Assembly (NCBI GenBank): GCA_964016885.1
Contig: OZ024743.1
Location: forward strand, 36,580,001 to 36,644,000
Direction: 5' to 3'
Length of the DNA: 64,000 bases
Source: Eledone cirrhosa
Taxonomy: Eukaryota
Below are positions 27,525 through 41,088 of this stretch, in pieces. The notes below the pieces were generated by a model that did no database searches, was not told the DNA's origin, and saw only the letters and a program-made list of their open reading frames with translations. Made by a program: the position numbers and the translations under genes. Position 1 is the first letter of the stretch, and each line of letters begins with the position of its first letter.

Positions 27525-27725
27525 TTAGGCTTTCCTGTGCCTTAAGACACACAAAACAGCAAGCTTACCCCAGCATGATCGATCTGCTGCAGTTCTATCA
27601 GCACCCTCCCCACTGGTTGTTGTGTGGTTAAGATCCTGCTGGAATGTTCGGCGCCAGATGTTCTTGGGCTGGCCCTTCCTTCGTTTTCTCGTCTCCGGTG
27701 TCCATGACATTGCATGCCAGGTGAC
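27525..27725 (-). mobile_element. Old RTE LINE 3' fragment
   Basis: AMSWTPETRKRRKGQPKNIWRRT..AADRSCW. Confidence 0.7.
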
Positions 27726-28617
27726 TGGCGGACACAAAATGTGGATCATCAAGCAAAATCGGCATATGTTATGGCGTTAGAAAGACCAGCCTTTATAGTT
27801 TAGGATCCGTTAACGATGTTTCTCTTCTAATGATTTTACGGGTCGACTTATTAAAGACCATATCTGTTAAATTTATATAATCATACTTCAAATTATTTGT
27901 AACCAGGGATGAGTAGTGATAATGCTGATATAATTGTTTTTAAAGTTTTCTTTACATAGTTGATGGGTCTGTGAAGAACTTGCATCCAACAATTAACGTT
28001 CTTGAATTTTTCTTCAGAAGCTATTTTTTTTCTTTTATATATTCCCCAGTATTTTCTCTTGAAAGAAAATATTAATCTGTTCTTGTGCCTTGCTAGACGG
28101 CAGCTCCCATTGATTTTCGATAATATACTATGAAATCCGCAATTGAAATTGGCGAATTAAATATTCACCTAGTAATATCGCCCCCAAAATATTCGATATT
28201 TACACGTCTGCATCTCCAAGATGAGTTATTACTAGAGTAGAATGAATTGATCTGGGAATATACTAATGAAAACACAATACAGCTAGAAGCACGGCAGATG
28301 AAATTAACAACCAGATCAATGTCTGTCTGCACTGTACCATGTTTCCCCGTAGTCTGTTGAATCTGTTGTTAAGAATAATAATTAGTTTTGTTGCTGTGAC
28401 CCGCTTAATTCGATCGATTTTGTTCACTCATAATAACTAATAACTGGTGAAAAGAACTGAAGCCCAACACAACAGAACATTTACTGTTGTCTTATATATT
28501 AGCAACTTCCGTTTGTGATCAATGACGGATTAATTTACTAGCAAGAATAACATTTGCCATGAATCCTGCATTTTCACTAAATAGTATTACGAAATTACGG
28601 AATTTATGTAGCATTAT

Positions 28618-28808
28618 TGGCGGTGGATTGGCAGTATCGGTAGAGGGTCGACACCATGCTTTGACGCACAGAGTTACTGTCCTTGCCATTCTGAGTTCAA
28701 ATCCCACCGAGGTTAACTTTGCCTTTCATCCTTACGGGGTCGATAAAATAAAGCACCAGTAATGTACTGGGATAATTGCTGGCCTTGTGCCAAATGTAGA
28801 AACAATTA
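28618..28808 (+). mobile_element. SINE family A
   Basis: Consensus match. Confidence 0.85.
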
Positions 28809-29691
28809 TTAACAACAATCATAAGTATTGATCCTGATGTAAATGCTATACCAGCAGTAGCAGCCATGAAAACAAGACGGGTACAGTATTTTAAAGGCAT
28901 ATTTATTTGAAATGTTTAAGTTTGTAATAATAGATAAACTTCCAACGTAACTTTGTTCATCACTAGAAAATGGTTGTCTGATAAGCGTATATTGGATTTG
29001 TTGAGAAATAATTTATATGATTTTTCGAAAGTGAATACAATGAATTATCTACTCAAAATTCACAATATAACTCTGGATTACAGGGTTCATTGGCTATCTG
29101 GTTGCTTTAGGGATAGCAGTACCATTAAGGCCAACTAGGCAGCCACTAAGGGCGATTTACTGAACCTTAAAGGATAACAGCTTTATATAAATATGTATAA
29201 TTGAATTAAATATAAAATACTTTCCTGCGATCAACAAGTCGTTCAGCATTTTTGCCGCGTAGCAGTGTGTGGAAATATTGGTTTAACTCATTGGGTTAAC
29301 TGTTAATATTTTTGTTGATGCTGGTGGTGGTGTAAATACGGTGAATGGCTTAAAGGTTAGAACGTTGGGTAAAATACTTCATAGTATTCTTTCCGGCTTT
29401 CTGTGATCTGAGTTTAAATCCCACCCAGATAAAATTTACCTTTCATCCTCTTGGTGTCGATAAATAAAGTACCAATATAGGGGGAATATTCTAGTGAATC
29501 AATCGAATCTTGACCTGTTGGACACCCCTTCCACCTTCATCACTTCACATGTATATGAGAAGAGATTTTAAGAGAAAATTCACATATATTCTAACTGCCC
29601 ACTGAATATGAGAACAAACTCTTTAGATATTTGATATGATTGACATGCTATTCAAAACCGGTAATATTTGACAAAACAGACATCCAGTTAA

Positions 29692-29912
29692 CCCTTTAGC
29701 ATTTAGATTACTTTCTATATACTATTGTATTTTCATGGTAAACACTTTATCTTTTATAATTATCTCACATAATATCGAATCTATGAGATTTTTATATTAT
29801 TTATTTTGAGAACAATACCATAACATAAGTATGAATGGCTAATTACAGCTGGTTTGAACAGAAAAAGGTGAGAGAATTCTGGTCGAATATGACCGGTTTA
29901 CATGCTAGAGGG
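29692..29912. mobile_element. piggyBac-like MITE
   Basis: TTAA-CCCTTTAGCAT...ATGCTAGAGGG-TTAA: TIR plus TTAA duplication. Confidence 0.75.
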
Positions 29913-30571
29913 TTAATGTAACAATTTTAAAAGTATTTATTCTGTCGGATTAAAGAAGAGAATAATCTTTAGATGTACCTCCGGGACTTTTCACTTTTAC
30001 TTTTTACTTATAATCCTCAATTTGTATAGAACTTACCTACTTTTTTAAATATATATAAATAGTAAAATATATGATTGTATAGTAATATATCTATTTATTA
30101 ATTTCAAGAACGTCAGTATTCCGTGTGTCATAATTCTCGATTATCATTGGTTCATAGGTTTCAAACGACTTCGCCCACCTCAACGACGCCAAACTGAAAT
30201 TAATATGCATAATGGCAATAACGAAGTGAGAGGGGAGAGTGTGAACGCTGTGTCCAATAACTATTAACATGTGTGCGTGTGTATGTACGTGCGCGTATGT
30301 TTATGTGTGTGTGCGTGCGTGCAACGTTCCACAGAAAGAAAAAACTATCAACATGTGTGAGTGTGTGCGTGTGTAAGTTTGCGTGCGTGTGCGCGTTTTC
30401 ATGCGTGTATGTGTGTGGCGTTCCACAATTGCCACGCAGTTTATCTGTCTGTGTGCCTGTCTGTCAGTCTAACATACACAGAGTTGTGAAGGGAGTAAAT
30501 AGGGACCTTTCTTTACATTGACAGACATCTTTTATATTTATTATTGTGTCATATTTTGACAATTGCTCGAA

Positions 30572-33500
30572 ATGAATACTGATAATAAAAGCAATTCGAC
30601 TTTATCAAACAGTGAACTACAGCGGCGACGGCGTGCAGCCAGGAATGAAGAAAAACGGGCCGAACAGCGCCATCGGAAGGACAAACTTCAGAGGCGAAGA
30701 CGTGCCGCCATGAATGAAGAGGAGCTGGCTGAACAACGCTAACGAAATACTGGGGCCAAGCAGCGACGGCGTGCTGCGATGGTTGAAGACGAACTGGCTG
30801 AGCATCATCAGCAGATAGCCAGAATTCAGCAGCAACGGCGTGCTGCGATGGATGAAGAGGAGCTCGCTGAACAGCCCCATCGCAATAAAGAAGTTGAGAG
30901 ATTGTGTCGCCAAAGTGTTCCTCATTCCAGTAAAGAGGCCAGAAGGCGAACGAATGATATTAAAAATGGATCATGGCAACCGTGTCATTTTCAGAATGGT
31001 GGACGAGCAGAGTGTCCACATTGTGGAGCATTGCTTTGGAGGCACGAAAAGACGTGGACCACAATGTGCTGTTATAAAAGAGCAGTTCAACTAGAACCCT
31101 TGCGAATGCCGGATGATGAGGAGTCACCGGAGTTTAAAATACTAAGTATGTGGGGTTATCAAGGAGACCGAGGTAGATTACTGCGCAAATATTCGCGGCA
31201 AATTAACATTTCATTAGCTTTAGCATCGCAGAGAGTTAGTGAGATGTTTGAGAGTGGAGCATGGCAACCGAATGTAGTTATTCAAGGCCGTTTGTATCAT
31301 TGTATCGGTAATTTAGAAGTTACCCCAGGAGAGAGGCCTCGATTCGCTTAAATTTACGTTAACGATCCAGATTATAGTGAATCGGAGGAGGATATCAGGA
31401 TCGGTTGGATGAAGTTGCCGGGAAATATAACTGAACTTGAACGGCAAAGGTTAAGTGATTTGATCCGTGATTTGCAATCATGGCTTAGACAGTGTTATCC
31501 TTATGTTATGGATTTCATGCTGGTGGCTGAACTGCAAAATGATCAGCAGCAAACATTGGTGATTAAGGCTGACGCAGTGCCAAGGGATCAACACGAACGG
31601 CGATATAATGCCCCTGAAGGATTTTGTGAAGTGGCTGTGTTGATGGACGATAAGCCTGGATCGAGAGAGATATCGTCCTCAATCGCAGAGATGGTGGTCT
31701 CTAGACTATCAATGAGTCAAATAGGGCATACGATCCATTGCATTATGTTATTTTATTCCCAAAAGGTGAAAATGGATGGAACATGTCTGTTCATTTAGAT
31801 GATCATGAGAATCGGCATCAACAGGGAGGTGGCAATAGACACAATAATTCGATTCGCGACTTTTACGCGTTCCATTTGAACGAGAGGAATCAACAGAGAA
31901 ATGCGCTACTTCAAGCCAGCAGATTGTTCCAGGAATACTGTTGTATGGCATTCGCAAAGATCGAAAATCAAAGGCTAAATTATATAGCTACACATCAGCA
32001 ACATATCAGAGCTGAATTGTATAATAATATGCAGGATGCGATAACAGCCGATGATGCCAATTACAAGCAAATTGGTCGACGCATCATTTTGCCATCGTCG
32101 TTCATCGGCGGCCCGAGATATATGAACATTCGCCATCAGGATGCAATGTCTATTGTCAGAAAGTTTGGAAAGCCAGATTTGTTTATAACGGTTACATGCA
32201 ATCCTGAATGGAGTGATATTAAGGATGCACTTTTGCCAGGACAACAGCCAAAGGACCGCCCTGATATTGTGGCAAGAGTATTCAAAGGATATCTGAAAAA
32301 GATAATGGATGATGTGGAAAAAGAGGGAATCTTTGGAGGTATAGTTGCTTTTACATACGTAATTGAATTCCTAAAAAGAGGATTGCCACATGCACATTTG
32401 CTGATCATTTTACATAGAGATTGCAAATTGAGATGTGCTGAGGATGTCGACAGCATTGTGTGTGCTGAACTGCCGGAGAATGAGGCACTACGCAACTTGG
32501 TGGCAAAGTCAATGGTGCACAACCAATGCGGAGTGGCAAATCGGAAAGCGCCTTGCATGAAAAATGGCCAATGCAGTAAGCACTTTCCGAAATCTTTTGT
32601 CACGAACACTTCCTGGAACGTTGGGGATGCTCATCCCTCATACAGAAGACGGTCGCCTGCAGATGGCGGTTTGGTCGAAAATGTAAACGGTCGACAGGTT
32701 ACAAATCAATGGGTTGTGCCATACAATCCATATTTGATTATGAAATATCTTTGTCATATTAATGTGGAAATTTGTAGCTCAATGAAAGCTTGCAAATATC
32801 TATTCAAATATGTTTACAAAGGTCATGATCGGGCAATGATCAATGTCAGGAATGAGGAAGTGAACCAAGGAGATGAAGTTGGCAGGTTCCAGGATGTTCG
32901 CTCGATTGGTTCTAGCGAAGCTTGCTGGAGATTGTTCGATTTTGATCTCAATGAACGCAAACCCAGCGTTCAGAAACTGACGGTTCACTTAGAGAATAGG
33001 CAAATGCTCTGTTTTCAGGACACTAGAAGAGGTGTCGAAAGAATTGCTAACGCACCACCTCCTAAGACGGAATTGACTGAGTGGTTCAAGCATAATAGGG
33101 AACATGCTTTGAACCCGGATCAAAGGCGATTTCCCTTTGCACTATACGTGGGATAAGAAGGGAAAGAAATGGAATGATAGAAAACAAAAGTTGAGATTCA
33201 TGACTATTGGACGGGTTTGTAATGTCCATCCAGCATCTGGTGATGTGTTTTATCTCCGAATTCTGTTGCATAATGATTTTTCGAGAGGTAAACAGAGCTT
33301 CGCTGATTTAAAAACAATCAATGGCGTGGAATATGAAACATACCAGGCTGTGTGTCAGCATCTGGGACTCCTTCAGGATGACGCTGAATAGAATAACGGC
33401 ATGGAAGCTGCAGGAACAACACAGATGCCAGCTCAAATAAGGCAGTTGTTTGTCACGGTTCTAGGATTCTGCAATCCTGCCGATCCAAGAGAGTTATTTG

Positions 33501-35097
33501 AACGCCATTGGGGAATTATGGCTGATGATTTTAGGCATCATCTTCAGGTCTATGATGAGCAACTGCTTGAAGTTCATTTCAAATGTTTAACAGATTTCAA
33601 TTTGCCAATTCCTGATGAAGAAATGCAGCAATGTGTCTTAGCATTGAACATGAGATTGCAGTCGATCGGAGGGAACTATTCCAGTTTGATCTACTGGAAC
33701 AGCAACGTATTGTGAATGAACGTATGCCAATGTTGACCCAATCTCAGAGAGAATTGGTCGATGGCGTTCTCCACTCGATTTCCACTAATGAGCAACTTTG
33801 TGTTATCATAGATGTTCCAGGAGGCACCGGAAAGACATTCTGTTTCAACACTATATTATCGGCAGTCAGAGCTCAGAGGAAGATTGCTCTCTCTGTGGCC
33901 ACCAGTGGGTTCGCTGCCACTTTACTGAGTGGTGGAAGGACCTTCCACTCATTCTTCAAAGCTCCATTGGCTCCGGATGAGTTGAGTGTCTGTAACATTA
34001 CAAGACAAAGTGAACTCACGCGCCTTATACGCAATACGTCTCTGATTATTTGGGACGAGACTCCAATGGCACACAGATATTTGCTGGAGGCATTGGACAG
34101 AACTTTGAGAGATATCTGCGGTAGTGACCTGCCATTCGGTGGTAAGAGTATCGTTCTTGGTGGCGATTTCAGACAGGTGCTACCAATTGTTAGGAATGCT
34201 CAAAGAGCGCAAATTGTCGGTGCATGTCTGAGAAAGTTCCCGTTGTGGCGCCATTTCAGAGTTTTGCGATTACACGATAATATGCAACTTCGTATGTTCG
34301 GGCAAAACGAAGAGGCTGAGACATACGACCGATGGTTGATGCAGTTGGGAAACGATGAATTGCCACACGTTGGTGATAATCAGACTGTAAGAATCCCAGA
34401 CCATTTGGTCATGCCACTGGACCTCCAAGCATTGATTGACTGGGTGTTCCCTAATTTGAATGCTTTTTGGCAGAATATCTCCTGGATATCGGAACGCGTT
34501 ATTCTAACTCATACGAATGCAACGGTCGATGAAATAAATTCACAAGTAGCCGGAATGCTTCCTGGAGAGGAATGGTTGACCGTCAGTGCGGATGCAATGG
34601 AACCTAATCAGCAGAACAATATGGATGTTCCGACTGAGTATCTGAATTCACTTCAAATACCCGGATTCCCCCCACATATTTTGAGGTTGAAAAATGGTAT
34701 GCCGATTATATTGCTTAGAAATATCAATCATAAAATGGGTCTTTGCAATGGTACCAGATTGATAGTTGAGAGATTGATTAACGGAAGAGTTTTAGAAGCT
34801 AAACTCCCAGGCAGAGAGGACTCGGTTCTCATTCCGAGGATCATGCTGAGACCAAGTTAAGATCTGCTGTCATTTATTTGGCAAAGGAGACAGTTTCCCG
34901 TCAATTTGGCCTTCTCCATGACTGTCAACAAGGCACAGGGACAGACTTTCAAGCGAGTCGGTGTCTACTTGAATGATCCAGCATTCAGCCATGGGCAACT
35001 GTATGTTGCTGCATCTCGAGTGTGCGATCCTGATGGTATAAAATTTGCAATTGATACCACTAACAGAGGAACAACCCTGAATATTGTCTATAATTAA
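30572..35097 (+). pseudogene. Helitron Rep/Pif1 helicase, multiply disrupted
   Basis: Rep motifs PDLFITVTCNP, VIEFLKRGLPHAHLLI, KYLFKYVYKG; helicase motifs PGGTGKT, IIWDE, GGDFRQVLP, MTVNKAQGQT, HGQLYVAASRV; several stops and frameshifts. Confidence 0.95.
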
Positions 35098-35139
35098 GCT
35101 TTGAGCTGATGTATGCATATCTTTAGTGCTATCAATAAG

Positions 35140-35480
35140 CGACGTAAATGATTCGGACATTGGTGTCCTTTGATCAGTATTGTGAGCTTTGACAGAGTTA
35201 TAATTTATGTTCAATGTCATTTAATGTCGTTATGAGCAATAAAAACAAACAAGTATTGGTAAAAATTGCTTTCACTGCTATGTTGCGCAATAAATACCAA
35301 CAAGTATTGGTAGAAATTTCCTTCACTGCAATGAATATTCGACGTAAATGATTCAGACATTGGTGTCCTTTGATCAGTATTGTGAGCTTTGACAGAGTTA
35401 TCATTTCTGTTCAATGTCATTTATTGTCGATAATGAGCAATAAAAACCAACAAGTATTGGTAGAAATTGCCTTCAAATTT
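35140..35480 (+). repeat. ~200-bp tandem duplication in the Helitron 3' region
   Basis: CGACGTAAATGATTC...CAAGTATTGG repeated at 35140 and 35340. Confidence 0.8.
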
Positions 35481-35874
35481 ATCGCTTCTGATAGCGGTCT
35501 TAATAAAACCTCATCATATGCTGAGTCTGGCAAAAGGTTTGGTGCCTATGGCCGGCCAGGGCTAGAGTAACATTGAAAAACGATTCTATTTTCGAAGTAG
35601 AAGGCTCCGCCATTTGGAGTTCAAACCAGGTCACCTCCCTGAGTTGAACTCTGGGCAATATTGACTGTCTATTACTCTGTGGCTAAGAGCCTGGAAATTA
35701 CTGAATAAATTTTTATGTCATATAATTTGCTGTTTTATTATTATAGCTGACCACTTATAGATAAGCATGTTATCCATATCCATATTAATTTGGTATTTGT
35801 ATAAACCATTTCAAGTAAATAGGGACCTTTTTTACATTGACGAACATCTTTTATATTAATTATCTATATCTATA

Positions 35875-36187
35875 TCTACATATAATATAAAAGATTGGAA
35901 CTTTCATCATCCTTTTGAGAAAATGACTGTATTGGATGTTTGTCTGGTTACAGTATGAGGCGAGTCCGTGGTGCCTGTGTGATACCAAAAACAGTAAAAG
36001 AAATCTTCCCGATATACCAGATTCTTCGTTGTACCGTTTGTGCATAGTATATGAACAATTCTAGGTGCTCCCACCTAGAATAGTGACCTCTAGGAGATGG
36101 TTCATCTTTTGCCTGACTGTCATTTTCTCTTTTACCTGTCTTCTCTTATCATCTGTTTACCCGGGCGAAGCTGGGTACGTCAGCTAG
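35875..36187 (+). mobile_element. Non-autonomous Helitron, family of 10554-11106
   Basis: TC start; CCCGGGCGAAGCTGGG hairpin and CTAG end. Confidence 0.8.
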
Positions 36188-36622
36188 TCTATATATTAAT
36201 TTCAACAACGTCAGTATTCCGTGTGTCATAATTCTCGATTATCATTGGTTCATAGATTTCAAACGACTCCGCCCACCTCAACGACGCCAAACTTAAATTA
36301 ATATGCATAATGCCAATGAGGGAGTGAGAGGGGAGAGTAAGAAACAGAGAGGCAAAGTGAACGCTGTACTATTACCATGTGTGCGTGTGTATGTACGTGC
36401 GCGTATGTTTATGTGTGTGTGCGTGCGTGCAGCGTTCCACAGAAAGTAAAAACTATTATAATGATATATGTGTGGGGGGGGGCATGTATTTATGTCTATA
36501 TGTATCTTTTCATTCTCACAACTTTTTCTCCTTCCATCAACTTTGAAAAATATGGAAGGAAAGGCCCCTTATCTCCCTCTTGATTTAGTCGTAGGCGCGC
36601 CCTCTCAGCCCACATAGACTAG
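36188..36622 (+). mobile_element. Non-autonomous derivative of the 30090 Helitron
   Basis: 36188-36450 repeats 30090-30340; ends CTAG|T. Confidence 0.7.
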
Positions 36623-36623
36623 T

Positions 36624-37318
36624 GTTAGAGCATTGGGCTTGCAATCGAAAGGGTGTGAGTTCAATTCTCGAACCAGGTGATGTGTTGTTTCCTTGAGCAA
36701 GACACTTTATTTCATGTTGCTCCAGTTTACTCATCTGTAAAAATGAGATGATAGGACTGGGGTCCCTATCATTAAATTACCCAACACACCTCCAACGAGA
36801 TATACCTTGGAGGAGGCCAGCTAAACCTGTATAGGTGTGAGCTGTCGCACACACACCTCTTAACCCACACCGTGTCTAGAGCATGTTAAACCTGGCAGAA
36901 ACCATTTCTCTCCAGGTCTGAGCACAGCCAATTTCTTTTGGAGAAGGAATGAAATGGAAAATTGACAACCTCGGCAGGATATGAATTCAGAACGCAGTAA
37001 TGCCGAACAAATACTGAGGCATTTAATCCGACGCCCAGACAACTCTGCCCATTCACTGTCATCTTCAACCCTGGATAAATTTTATTAAGTAAATGTGACA
37101 TAAATATAATGATTTCTCTTATAGGTACAAAGCCAAGAATTTTGGGGGAGGGAAAGTCGATTAAAACGACCCCAGTTCATTACTGTTGCTTTATTTATCG
37201 ACCCCGTAATGATGAAAGGCAAAGTTAACCTCGGCAGGATTAGAAATCAGATTGTAAAGAGCCGTAACTCTATGGTGTATAGAATGATGTTCGACGCCCT
37301 AGTGATACTGCCAATCCA
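36624..37318. mobile_element. Cluster of three older tRNA-head SINEs
   Basis: B-box-like GAGTTCAATTC plus CTTGAGCAAGACACTT (+, 36624-36750); minus-strand SINEs at about 36870-37055 and 37110-37318. Confidence 0.6.
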
Positions 37319-37544
37319 ATAAATATATTGAAATTTGATTAATTGCCAATGTTAATTGAAGCAGGAACAATAAATTGTATACTAATATTAGATAGTACAA
37401 CTAAAATGTAACAGAAATTTGTATTTCAATAAATATTCAGTCAAAACATAATGGTATTCCTTAATAATTAAATTTTCTCCTTTGCAAAAGCATTGAAAAC
37501 AGCCAATAAAATCCAAATCTATGCTTCTATATATATATATATAT

Positions 37545-39300
37545 TAAAATAACAGATTAAAGTTCAAGCAAAGAATCGCTGCTTTCACCCTTAACGGGAT
37601 CTTCTGAAACTAACAAAGTCAATCTGTGAACGCAGAAGTGAATATTTCAAAAAGCGTTGCAACCGGAGGAAGACAGCAAGACGATACTTTGGTTCGTGGA
37701 AACGTTCCCTATGCAAATAAGTAATGGTATAAACATAACATATACTTAGCTACCACATCAAGACGTAAAATATCCACGTATAGATCGTACTATCCGTTAG
37801 GGTATAATGTGGGGCTGTAATACAGGAAAGTTTTGTTCAATTTATGTTTACAAGCCGAAATTGCCTCAGATTTTTTGTTTAAGATGTCGTCTGTGGCGTA
37901 GAGTATTTCCAGGGCCTCAGCGGCGCAGAGGTCACATGGTCTTTTATTTCCGTTATACGATCTAGCCCTAGCTAGGATCTCCCAGTGTAACTTATATTGG
38001 GTGTGGTTGTCTTTTAGACTCCAGATATAAGCTGAAAGTGACGTCATATTCCTTCTTAGAGGTAACGAAAAGAATGGGTATGCATGTAAAGACGCTGCTT
38101 GAATCTATTGGCGGTTAACTCTATTTCTTCTAGGTCTATTCTCGTACTCTATATATGTTACCTTATCGACAAATCCACTCCGAGCAAGAGCTTCATTGTA
38201 ATAAGTGGAATGGTCGTTGAAAATATGCTCGTTAGTAGATAGACGGGAAAAATTAAGCGTATCATTCGGCTTTCTATACGGGTAATACAAGCCACTCGAC
38301 AAATTGAGGGTAACGTCGAGGTAATTAACGACCGAAAGGTTGGCCTCAACCTGTATAGAGAGGTTGAAGCCTTTAAAGAAGGCTGTGAGTTCTTTTCTGA
38401 ACCTGTCGCAAGCACGAGGGCCACACTTAGTCATGGTCAAAAGACCATCATCACGGTACAAACCACCGCCCGCGTTGGGGAATTCGTCCTTGATAGAGAA
38501 AAGAAGGAAAAGGCCGATAAGATTAGTAACCTCCGCAGAATCGCTGGCGCCCATACTCACGTCGAATGGGGTACTATTGGATTTTTTAATCCAAATAGAG
38601 TCGTCGAAATTAATCACCGACTTTCGGGCATTAAGGATGACATCAACTTCAAAATCCTTAACCACTGTGAGTGTTTTAGCGAAATTGATAGCTCTAAGGA
38701 GAAGTGGTAAAGTGATGGAGGAGTAGTAATTATTGATGTCGAATTGGATAGAACGGCAATGTTCCTTGTTGCATATGCCGTTGAACCAATCAATGACGGC
38801 GAAAGAATTGTTCCACAGTGCAAGAGGAGCCAAACTTCTAATTTCAGGTATAATTCTATCAAGAATCCTTTTGCTAAGTCTACATATATTGGACTTCGTA
38901 GGCTTAATAAACCGAATAGAGGGGTTGTTCGGAAAATTGGATTACAGCCCCACATTATTCCCTAACGGATAGTACGATCTATACGTGGATATTTTACGTC
39001 TTGATGTGGTAGCTAAGTATATGTTATGTTTATACCATTACTTATTTGCATAGGGGACGTTTCCACGAATCAAAGTATCGTCTCCCTGTCTTCCTCCGGT
39101 TGCAACGTTTTTTGAAATATCCACTTCTGCGTTTACAGATTGACTTTGTTAGTTTCAGAAGATCCCGTTAAGGATTCTTTGCTTAAACTTTAATATGTTA
39201 TTTTAATAAATATTTGCTCTACGGTTCTTATATATTTGATATATATTTATCCTTATCGTGCACTCTTTGGATTTTAGTCTTCATATTTATTATTATTATT
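37545..39300 (-). mobile_element. Deleted Penelope-like element (Naiad-type) with inverted pLTRs
   Basis: RT IQFDINNYY..FDVSMGA..LYRDDGL..NYLDVTL; EN tail LSAYIWSLK..CDLCAAE..CKH; 37545-37820 is inverted at 38940-39210. Confidence 0.88.
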
Positions 39301-40004
39301 ATATATATATATATAAATTTTGAGTATATGTTGGTTGTATATGATTCCAGTTACTCAGTGAAATAACGACCCAACCAGGAACTGGGCATATCAGAGTATT
39401 GACAAAGTTAAACACCTCAACAACATGTGTACTCGTTTCTACCACACTAATTTGCATATCGAGTGAGTTAATCGGCCGGGGTACCGAAAACGATAAACGG
39501 AAAAAATGAAACGAAATTTCATTTCTCACTCTTAGTACGGCTGTTACTTAAATATAAGTATGTATACGTACATACATATATGTATACAGACGTACAGTAG
39601 TATGTATATATATATATACATACATGCACACATATATATATGTACGTATGGATTCACCGAACATTTATTATAATGTCAGTGTTGAACAAATGAGCAACGA
39701 TGGTTGCTAGACACTGTACGGCTTAATTCGGGATGTTTGTTTACAAACACACCGAGCATTATAATAAATGTTCGGTGAATCCATACGTACATATATATAT
39801 GTGTGCATGTATGTATACATATATATACATACTACTGTACGTCTGTATACATATATGTATGTACGTATACATACTTACATTTAAGTAACAGCCGTACTAA
39901 GAGTGAGAAATGAAATTTCGTTTCGTTTTTTCCGTTTATATATATATATATATATATATATACAGTATAAATATATATATACATATACATATATATATAT
40001 TATG

Positions 40005-41070
40005 TCAGGTCACCAGTTGGTGCTACTGGTAACATTTATCCCAGTACAACCTGTCTCATGGTCGGGTCGTTGGCGACTAAACTGGCAACCCCACCAAGGT
40101 TTCTTGGTGAGGAGGGTGACTTTGGACATCCTGCAGGACTAAAAACAAAACCTGTCAAAGGGCAAAGGAGCTCTTAAGAGTCAATGGCCATCCAAAATCA
40201 CCGGGAGAGATGACCCCTTAGCCTTTGTCAAGGCAGAATTCTAGGAGAAGGAAAACACTGATATAACACCTGCAACCCTGATGGTATCCAATGATGTTGA
40301 CTTGTTCTTCTTTTTGGTAAATATCATCTTGGTTAAGAGAGTGGGACTGGCTTTGTGCAGTGCCTTTGCTCACTATAAAAGCTTCACGGCACAGGCATTG
40401 CTTTATATCTGGAGATCTCTCTGCACTTGTCGTTACATGGTAGCATGGGCCCAGCACTATGTATCAATAATTGTCACAAGTGTAGTGTTTGTACCAGAGT
40501 TTTCAAGTCGCTGGCTGGACTAAAAAGTCACACTCGTTCAGCGCATCGGTAGGGGTTCTCCTACATGGATATAAAGTAGTGGCCGTACTCGAAAACGAGT
40601 TGGCAGCCACCATGTATATATATATATATGTGTATGTATGTATGTATATATATATATACGGGAGAGATGACCCCTTAGCCTTTGTCAAGGCAGAATTCTA
40701 GGAGAAGGAAAACTCTGATATAACACCTGCAACCCTGATGGTATCCAATGATGTTGACTTGTTCTTCTTTTTGGTAAATATCATCTTGGCTAAGAGAGTG
40801 GGACTGGCTTTGTGCAGCGCCTTTGCTCACTATAAAAGCTTCACGGCACAGGCATTGCTTTGTATCTGGAGATCTCTCTGCACTTGTCGTCACATGGTGC
40901 CATGGGCCAAGCACTATGCGTCAATAATTATCACAGGTGTCGTGTTTGTACCAGAGTTTTCAAGTCGCTGGCTGGACTAAAAAGTCACACTTGTTTAGCG
41001 CATCGGTAGGGGTTCTCCTACATGGATATAAAGTAGTGGCCGTACTCGAAAACGAGTTGGCAGCCACCAT
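40005..41070 (+). mobile_element. RTE-5'UTR-like or SINE-like repeat with a tandem ~410-bp duplication
   Basis: 40205-40612 repeats at 40660-41070; motif TCTAGGAGAAGGAAAACTCTGA resembles RTE 5' regions (from recall). Confidence 0.55.
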
Positions 41071-41088
41071 ATATCTATATATATATAT

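Larger units (their letters stand above)
30090..36622 (+). mobile_element. Composite Helitron locus
   Basis: A|TC at 30090; GC-rich degenerate hairpin and CTAG|T at 36619-36622; possible internal end (hairpin + CTAG) at 35545-35565. Confidence 0.75.
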
